DNA of 64,000 nt from the human T2T-CHM13v2.0 reference genome, Homo sapiens, in the NCBI RefSeq assembly GCF_009914755.1, contig NC_060947.1, one strand, 5' to 3'. Of the stretch, positions 53,593-64,000 are shown one piece after another. The notes below the pieces were generated by a model. It saw nothing but the letters and a program-made list of their open reading frames with translations, had not been told where the DNA came from and ran no database searches. Positions within the stretch are counted from its first letter, which is position 1, and every line of letters starts with the position of its first letter. Made by a program: the position numbers and the translations under genes.

Positions 53593-53778
53593 GCAGTGGT
53601 TCTCAAAGTGTACTTCTCCAAGAAGTGCAGCAGCAGCCCTGGTCACTTGTCAGAAATTCTGGATCCCCACCCCAGACCTACTGAATCAGAAATTCTGGCT
53701 TCCCACTCCAGACCTACTGAATCAAAACCTCCTGGTTTGGGAGGCATTCTGACCCACGCTAAAGTTTACAAACCACTA
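53593..53778. mobile_element. MER5A-type element with an internal ~37-bp tandem duplication
   Basis: GCAGTGGTTCTCAAAGTGT start; CAGAAATTCTGG..CAGACCTACTGAAT occurs twice (53651-53725). Confidence 0.7.
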
Positions 53779-54561
53779 CCTTAGAGTCACTGTTCACATT
53801 GGAAAGCACCTAAACCCCACTGTATTCTTGGCCACTGAGCCACCCCTTGGTTCCTAATTGGTCACCTAATTCTCTCTCCAGAATGAGAGGTTCACCTGTT
53901 CACCTGCTCATTTTAAAGAGTTCTGATGTCTAGCTGAGTCCTTGTGAACTCTTGTCCAAGAGCCTAGGCCATTCCTTTAGACTCCCAATATCTTCTGTCT
54001 CCCTTCCTCACCTTCTTCTCCTCCTAATCCTCCCCTGTCCCATTGAACCAAGATACTGCCTTTGCCTAGGATATCTTCATTGTATTACCCACATCAAATC
54101 CTTAGCTTTCAGTGCTACTTTGTGCTAAGTCCGTCACACCTGACACTTACTCATCCCAAGTCCTTGAACTTTGAAATTTAGACTTCTGTCTAACTGCCCT
54201 GAGGGTCAGCTCTATAACTAATTCCATTCCCACTAATTCTGCTCCAGCCTAGTCCTGGCTTCTTCCTGCTCCTCTCCCCACAGTCCTGTGATTGAATCTC
54301 AGCATGTCTTGCAGTCTTAATGGCAGAAATAGGCTCTTTCAGGCACCACTCTGAGAGGAGTCCTTAACAGATCCACCCACTTTGGAGACCAGTCCTGGCA
54401 GCTGCTACAACCTGACTCAGAAACTTCTTGATAATACTTGAATGAGTTATTTTAACTTGGGGGCATTGTAATGCTATCAAGACAATTAGCTAAGAATGAT
54501 CAGTTAATTCCACACTACAGAGCTAAATATTCCATAAGGGTTATGAAGGGGATGACTATGA

Positions 54562-54910
<349 letters not shown>

Positions 54911-55467
54911 TCCAAGAATCATTATGTATCTTGATTATGGTAATGATTTCAAAAAATCTATGCATGTGTTAACTTCATTAGAAATTCCATAGAGGATATT
55001 TGTCAGTATATGCTAACAGCCTTTAGAATATTCATACCCTTTGACCTAGGGATTCCACTTGGTAATTTATCCCAAAAGAAATAGAGAAGCACACAAATAA
55101 TTATGTACAAAGATGCTTAATGCAGAATTATTTATAAAAGGCAAAAAAGATACAACTTACAGCAATAGTAGGAATAGTTCAAATAAAAATAAGTCCATAT
55201 AATATAGTATTGTACACTCACTAAGAGTCATGTTTTTGAAGAAATTCTAATGTTATGGGCACGTGTTAGCATTATAGTGTTAGAAAAGCAGGCTGCAAAA
55301 TGTGATTCCAAAAACATGAGCCCAATTATGTCATATGTACATGCACAGAAAAAAGCATTGGAAGGAAATATATCAAGATGCTAAAAGTGAAATCTTTAAA
55401 CTGTGGGGTTATGGAAGATTTTTGTTTTACTTTAAAACAAATTTTTCTGCCTTTAACAAATATTCAA

Positions 55468-56105
<638 letters not shown>

Positions 56106-56515
56106 CCCTATATTAGTCTTATAATTAGAAAAAAACAATGAACATTACTGTCCTCCCCAAAGTCATCAAGAGCTGGGTATTAGGGTTGGGGTGAGACAGG
56201 CATGGTTAGCTCATGAGCAAATAGAAAGATGCACAGACCTCAGTGAGAGGAAACAAAAAAGCTGAAACCGAGGAACAAAGCTGGAGCAAAGTCCTAAAGT
56301 CCTATCTCCAGTTAGCAGAGGCAGAGGAAACATGTTGGAGGTAGGCTGTTCAGAAAAGTCCCAGAGAATGTTTAGGAACAGGGCTTCTGAGTCCCATGAC
56401 CTCTACAAGAAGAGCATGCCTTCTGTGAGAACTTGTCAGATCAGTGCTGTCCCTAACAAGGACTATCATGATTATTTCTACTGTTTATTGAGTACCTCTT
56501 ATGTCTTTAGCACTA

Positions 56516-56909
<394 letters not shown>

Positions 56910-57073
56910 TTATCATAGCCTACCTATAGCCCTGACAACACCCAATCAGATAGGTATAGTTGCCCCACTTTGAAGATGAGGAAGCCAAGCCATAGAGACC
57001 TTAACTTCAGCTTGGAACACACCTACAAATGACATCTACCTTCCTACAAGCAGTCCTCACATCAACGTCATCA

Positions 57074-57395
<322 letters not shown>

Positions 57396-57426
57396 AGTAT
57401 TTTCAAAGATCTGCAAAGAAGAACTA

Positions 57427-57505
57427 CTAGGTTGGTGCAAAAGTAAATGCAGTTTTTGCCATTGAAAATAATGACAAAACCGCAATTACTTTTGCGCCAA
57501 CCTAA
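57427..57505. mobile_element. MADE1, intact 79-bp palindrome
   Basis: TA-flanked; CTAGGTTGGTGCAAAAGTAAATGC...CGCAATTACTTTTGCGCCAACCTAA. Confidence 0.92.
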
Positions 57506-57529
57506 TAAAGTACTCTCTTTGGAGGAGAT

Positions 57530-58020
57530 GCTGTCTGAACCCTGCCGAAATCCCCTCAGGACTTACCATAATGACTATGACGTTACCATAGTCAACACCT
57601 GACCCACTGTCAACTGCCAGCACCTGCATCTCTCTGCCTGAGGGCTTTATCTGGCCATTGGAAAGCCCTGCCCTCCCAACACCACCATTAAGTCAGAACT
57701 AAAGGGCCAGAAAATTAACAGCCCATATCCCCAAGAGCTCTCAACCAATGATTGATAGAAGTCAGTGTATAAATACCCTAGTTTCCTCAGCCCTCAAGTG
57801 AAATAACTCTGAACTGCATGTTCTACCCTAACTCCCAGAGTCCCCCAGTGGGATTAAGTTCCACTTGCCACAGGGCACCCTTTATCAGTTGCCTTCCTTT
57901 CCTTGTTTCACTTACCCATGCTCCTGTATTTCCTGGAATCGGATCATCTCCCAAATAAACTACTTGAACTTGAATCTTTCTTGCAGAGCCAGCTTATGGG
58001 GCATCTCAGAAGGTCTCAAG
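57530..58020 (+). mobile_element. LTR16-like ERVL LTR
   Basis: CCTCCCAAATAAACTACTTG-type end (CTCCCAAATAAACTACTTGAAC); CTCAACCAATGA..GTATAAATACCC. Confidence 0.6.
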
Positions 58021-58047
58021 ATACCATTAAGGTGCCCACCATAAAAT

Positions 58048-58351
<304 letters not shown>

Positions 58352-58354
58352 TGA

Positions 58355-58700
<346 letters not shown>

Positions 58701-58762
58701 CACGTTTCCTTTTTTATTCATTTTCTTCTCACTGCCCCAGATTTACCAAACAAGAAATTTAT

Positions 58763-59135
<373 letters not shown>

Positions 59136-59793
59136 TCAGATTTCCCAGAAAGCATTATTACCTCCTATGGAATTTTGCTACTTTTATGTCTCTGTTTTGA
59201 GCCACTTTCCCAGTTGTCCACATGTGGCTTAAGGTCTGGGCCTAATAGTACAGGAAAATACTCTACCATACTAAGTAATGAAATCCATACATAAATCCTT
59301 TCCACCCATTCCAGGAAAATTATAGTAGTAAAAATATTTTTCAGTAGAAAGCGTTTCACCCCTCCCTTGGTGCTTTTACACATTGACTTATAATAACACT
59401 ATGAGACTGACATGTTTTTATACTGAAAAATTTCAAATGAATGAACAAATTCAGAGCAGTTAAGTGATTTGACCATGGTCACATAGTAAGTGGTAGAAGT
59501 ATCACTTGAATCCAGGTCTCTTGAATCAAAGTTCAACACTGTTTTCCACCAAACCACGCTGCCTCATTGTGTGATACACAGTAGTTAGATTTGCTTTATT
59601 AACAAGCCTGCTGAGCTAACTCATGCAGATCTCATCATCTAATATAACCCCTTAACCCCTTTTCTATTGAATTCATGTACATGAAGCACTCTTTACTTTT
59701 ATTCATTCAGTTCATTTCATATTTGTGCAACCGTGGATTTGGACTCATTTTAAATCTTGAATTTACTAATGACAAGAAAAATAAACACAGTTG

Positions 59794-60092
59794 CGGCCAA
59801 GTGCAGTGGCTCACGCCTGTAGTCCCAACAATTTGGGAGGCCGAGGTGGGCGGATCACCTGAGGTCAGGAGTTCAAAGACAGCCTGGTCAACATGGTGAA
59901 ATTCTGTCTCTACTAAAAATACAAAAATTAGCCAGGCGTGGTGGCGGACATCTGTAATCCCAGCTACTCAGGAGGCTGAGGCAGGAGAATCACTTGAACC
60001 TGGAAGGCGGAGGGTTGCAGTGAGCCAAGATTGTGCTATTGCACTCCAGCCTGGGTGACAGAGTGAGACCCTGTGTCAAAAACAAAACAAAA
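59794..60092 (+). mobile_element. Alu
   Basis: Full dimer; TSD AAACACAGTTGC. Confidence 0.93.
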
Positions 60093-60169
60093 CACAGTTG
60101 CATTTCCAGGGACACCAGTGGGTCAAGAGCTCGGCTGATTCAGGTCTATGACCTATAAAGGCCATTAGG

Positions 60170-60448
<279 letters not shown>

Positions 60449-60825
60449 CCCATTAGGGGAAAAAAATAATGGTGAGACATGAAAATAGTCAGGGCTTCAA
60501 AATCTATTATTGCAGGGGGTCGCGGGGGGGGGTGGTAATCAAGAAGACAGAATGAAAGTGCTTTGTTTTATTATTAAAATTGATTTTCTTCTTTTTCTAA
60601 CTTCTATAATAACCAAAAAAGAAATGACCTTCACTCATCAATGTGACCAAAATTTGAATGTAAGTGCAGTTTTAAGGAGCTAGGGAGAAACTGCGCAGAC
60701 CCAACATGACAAACCTATTGCATACATGAAAATACAGCTAACAAAATGCCATTTTACATCTTACATTTAAAAGAAATATATATTTGCAATTGGTTGGGGA
60801 GATGAACAGTAAGGAGCTCCAATAT

Positions 60826-61124
60826 TCTTTTTTTTCTTTTTTTCCTTTTTTTTTTTTTTTTTTTTTTTGAGACAGAGTCTTGCTCTGTTTCCCAGGCTGG
60901 AGTGCAGTGGCATGATCTCGGCTCACTGCAGCCTCTGCCTTCCGGTTCAAGCAGTTCTTCTGCCTCAGCCTCCCGAGTAGCTGGTATTACAGGCATGCGC
61001 CACCACACCCGGCTAATTTTTGTATTTTTAGTAGAGACGGGTCTCAAACTCCTGACCTCAAGTGATCCCCCAACCTCGGCCTCCCAAAACGCTGGGATTA
61101 CAGGCGTGAGCCACTGCGCCAGGC
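60826..61124 (-). mobile_element. Alu with internal left-arm deletion
   Basis: TSD AGCTCCAATATTCTT; GAGACGG joined directly to GTCTCAAACTCC. Confidence 0.9.
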
Positions 61125-62616
61125 CCAGCTCCAATATTCTTAGCACTCAAGGACACCAGTCATTGCACCTGTGTTTAAGAAGGTCTTAAAAGAGATATTT
61201 TTAAAATCAAAACAAGATGTATTATTTAAATGCTGATAAAATCAGTTGTATATATGATATATTTTGTTTTGCTCTAGCAAAACAAATATGACGGCAGGGT
61301 TTTTTGCATAAATTAAAGTTGCCCTTAGCTGGAATAAATCATTCTTATTGACATTAGCAGCTGTGTAGTCAGTAAAGAATGATTGTTGCTATTACTTGGT
61401 GGTATTTATAAACACTTTTATTTTCTAAGTGCTTTACAATCACTTATTGTCTAATTAATATCTAATCATCCGTTTACAAGTAATAATCACACATGTAGTG
61501 CAGTTTAATCAAAACTCCAAATACAGCCGCCATCATACTCAAGAGTGCCATGTAAATTTTGGTCCCTTCTTTATGGGGTTTGAGTCCAGACATGCAGCTG
61601 AAACAGATAATACATCAGAAAAAAAATGGATAAATATTCCTCACTTATATTTGAGCATAATTTGGATTCACAACTTTTGCATGCCAAATATATTATCTGA
61701 ATGTCAGTGGATGAGTAAGACCATAGGTAATTTTCAACACTTAAGGGCTCATTTGCACACACATATAAAATTGTAATTTATTTAACCCACAAAATTGGAT
61801 GATAGTTTATGATAAATGTACAAGGCCAGGCACTGACTTAACATTGAAACTCTTAGTCACAATCACTGTTTCAGTCATTTTAATGAAAAAGAGCAAATGT
61901 AGCAAAGGTGGCTCAGAGACCTTCAAGGTTAATAATCTAACCAGGTTCAAGTCTACACCAAGCTACGCCCAGTATGAACACCTGCCAGTCTTAATTAGCT
62001 AACATAAGTGGATGTACTGCTGTCTCCCTTCAGTCTCCCCAAGTGTTATTCTATAAGCAATTATAGGAACCAGAAAAGGATTTTTTTAAGCAGGTGAATG
62101 ATGTGCATATTAATCCAGTTTTTCTCCTTCTAGGATGAATTTTCTTAAAGTAGAATTGCTGAGTCAGAGTATTTATGTTTTTAAAGCTTTTGATACATGT
62201 TTTTTTGACACTGTTATCAAATTATCCTCCAGCATGGGTGACCATATGTACACTTCTTTGCATACCCCTAAAGAGTGGTCTTTCTTGATTATTGGTGTAC
62301 CATAACCAGATTTCCTCCTTGCTGTCCTACCAGGCAGTTTCCCAGTACTACAGCAAGTACTGCAGGGTCCTGAGGATTGTGCCGGGGGGCCTTCTGCATA
62401 TGATACAAATGAGCTTGATTGACAAGTGAGTCATCAGGACCATCTGACGCCAGGAGGGATACATTCATTTGCAAGTAAACTATTATTACAATCATCGGAC
62501 TTTATACTAATAGATTTTGAATGACATGGTCTCCAAAGTGATTCTTTGTCTTGCAAAATCTGCACTCAGAGTCTTTGAATGCTCAAAGAGAGACTCCGTT
62601 TAATCTTCTGTGCTTC

Positions 62617-63137
62617 TGTGTGTTTTCTACGGCTGCTGTAACAATGTACCAGAAATGTGATGGCTTAAAACAACACAAAGATATTATCTTAAAGTTCTGG
62701 ACCAGGGTCAGAAGTCTGAAATGGGTCTCAGTGGGCTAAAATCAATGTACCTGCAGGACTGCATTTCTTCTGGAGGCTCTAGGGGAAATTGTTTCATTGC
62801 TTTTTTTTTTTTTTTTTTTTTTTAGCTTCTAGAAGCTGCATGCATTCCTTGACTCCTGGCCTGCTTTCTTCTATCTTCAAAGACAGCAATTGCATCACTC
62901 CAGCCTCTGCTTCACTGGTCACATATTCTCTAAGTCTCCTGCCTTCCTCTTTCACTTCAAAAGACTCTTGTAATTACATTGAGTTCCTTTGGATAATCCA
63001 GGATAATCTCTCCCATCTCAAGACCTTTAACTTAATCACATCTATAAAGTCTCTTTTGCCATATAAGGTAACATATTCACAGGTTCTGGAAATTACAATG
63101 TAGACATCTTTGGGAGGCCCTTATTCTTCCTATCACA
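62617..63137 (-). mobile_element. MLT1C/D (MaLR) LTR
   Basis: GCTGCTGTAACAA..GGCTTAAAACAACAC...ATAATCCAGGATAATCTC...AAGGTAACATATTCACAGGTTCTGG. Confidence 0.8.
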
Positions 63138-63849
63138 TCTTCCTTAGCATGAGCTGGGCCTGGTATCTCATCTCCAGATATTATGGAAATATGGCTAACA
63201 GTCATTCAATTGCAGACAATTGCTAACATTGTCTACAATTTTAAGACTTAGTAATTTATGACATCCTTCTCTGTATCAGAAACAGGCATTATGTCTAGTT
63301 TGCAGATAAGAACTGGGGCTCAGAGACATTAAATAATTTGCTCAAGGTCACAGAACTGGTCAGTGGCAGAACTGAGTTTCACATTTAGGACTGTGGGACC
63401 TCAAAGCCCCCACTCAATGCATGATGCCTTGGTACCTCAACATTTTTAATGCTCTGCTCATTCTGCTCTTTTTGGATAGCCTTCACGTTGAAAGCTTTTC
63501 ATTTAGTTTGTTTGACATTTAATAATACAACCTAGCTAGATAAAAGCTTTTATTAAGGCCCTATAAATATCATATTTGACTCATTCAGTAAGTGCCAGTG
63601 CAGGATGTCATCACAAAACACACATTGAAGATAATGTCTCCATATCCTCTAATAAATCTTCCTAAAAGTGGCATCAAATGGGTTCTTCCTCTGCAATACA
63701 AACAGAAGTGGCCTCACCAGGTTTTCTTCTCTGTGGGCAATGTGTAAATCTGTGAATAACAGGTGGTGCTGGTGAGAAATGATCTTTCCAAAAGCCCACG
63801 AGTATACAAATATCCTATTCTTGACAAAGAGTGTCTAACACTTTAGGGG

Positions 63850-64000
63850 TGTCTTAGTCTGTTTTATGCTGCTATAACAGACTACCACAGAGTGGGTAAT
63901 TTATAATGAACAGAAATGTATTTGGCTCATAGTTGTGGAAGCCGGGAAGACCAAAAGCATGGTGCCAGCATCTGGTGAGGGCCTTTGTGTTCCATCATCC
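63850..64000 (-). mobile_element. MST/MLT1A-type MaLR LTR (runs off the window)
   Basis: TGTCTTAGTCTGTTTT..TGCTGCTATAACAG..TACCACAGA.TGGGTAATTTATAA. Confidence 0.8.

Noticed and set aside
62310-62530. Possible + strand lncRNA exon after TTTCCTCCTTGCTGTCCTACCAG acceptor (62333)
   Set aside because: A splice-acceptor-like motif alone is insufficient; antisense lncRNA exons cannot be placed without transcript data

Overview
Primate (human-like) genomic DNA, very repeat-rich: about 49 Alu copies or fragments plus old L1, L2, MIR, ERVL/MaLR LTRs and hAT/Tc1-mariner fossils. The only protein-coding gene supported is PCYT1B (CTP:phosphocholine cytidylyltransferase beta, X-linked in human) on the minus strand. 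Three coding exons (51280-51396, 23265-23364, 12023-12139) splice in frame with canonical GT-AG sites and reach the HxGH motif. The gene continues off the left edge, and its CpG-rich promoter lies around 51400-51900. Almost all ORFs in the supplied track are Alu/L1 artefacts. I found no new multi-gene system. The most unusual signals are retrotransposition fossils of non-polyadenylated RNAs. (1) A replication-dependent histone H2B retrocopy ends exactly at its 3' stem-loop and is fused to an L1 3' end, with one target-site duplication (TSD) around the whole chimera, inside a MER6A transposon. (2) A tail-less tRNA-Cys 5' half with a perfect 14-bp TSD sits inside an L1. Also notable are an ancient dispersed ~330-bp duplication in intron 1, a three-arm Alu and a pair of MADE1 hairpins. 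Repeat subfamily names come from recalled consensus sequences, and repeat boundaries are approximate.
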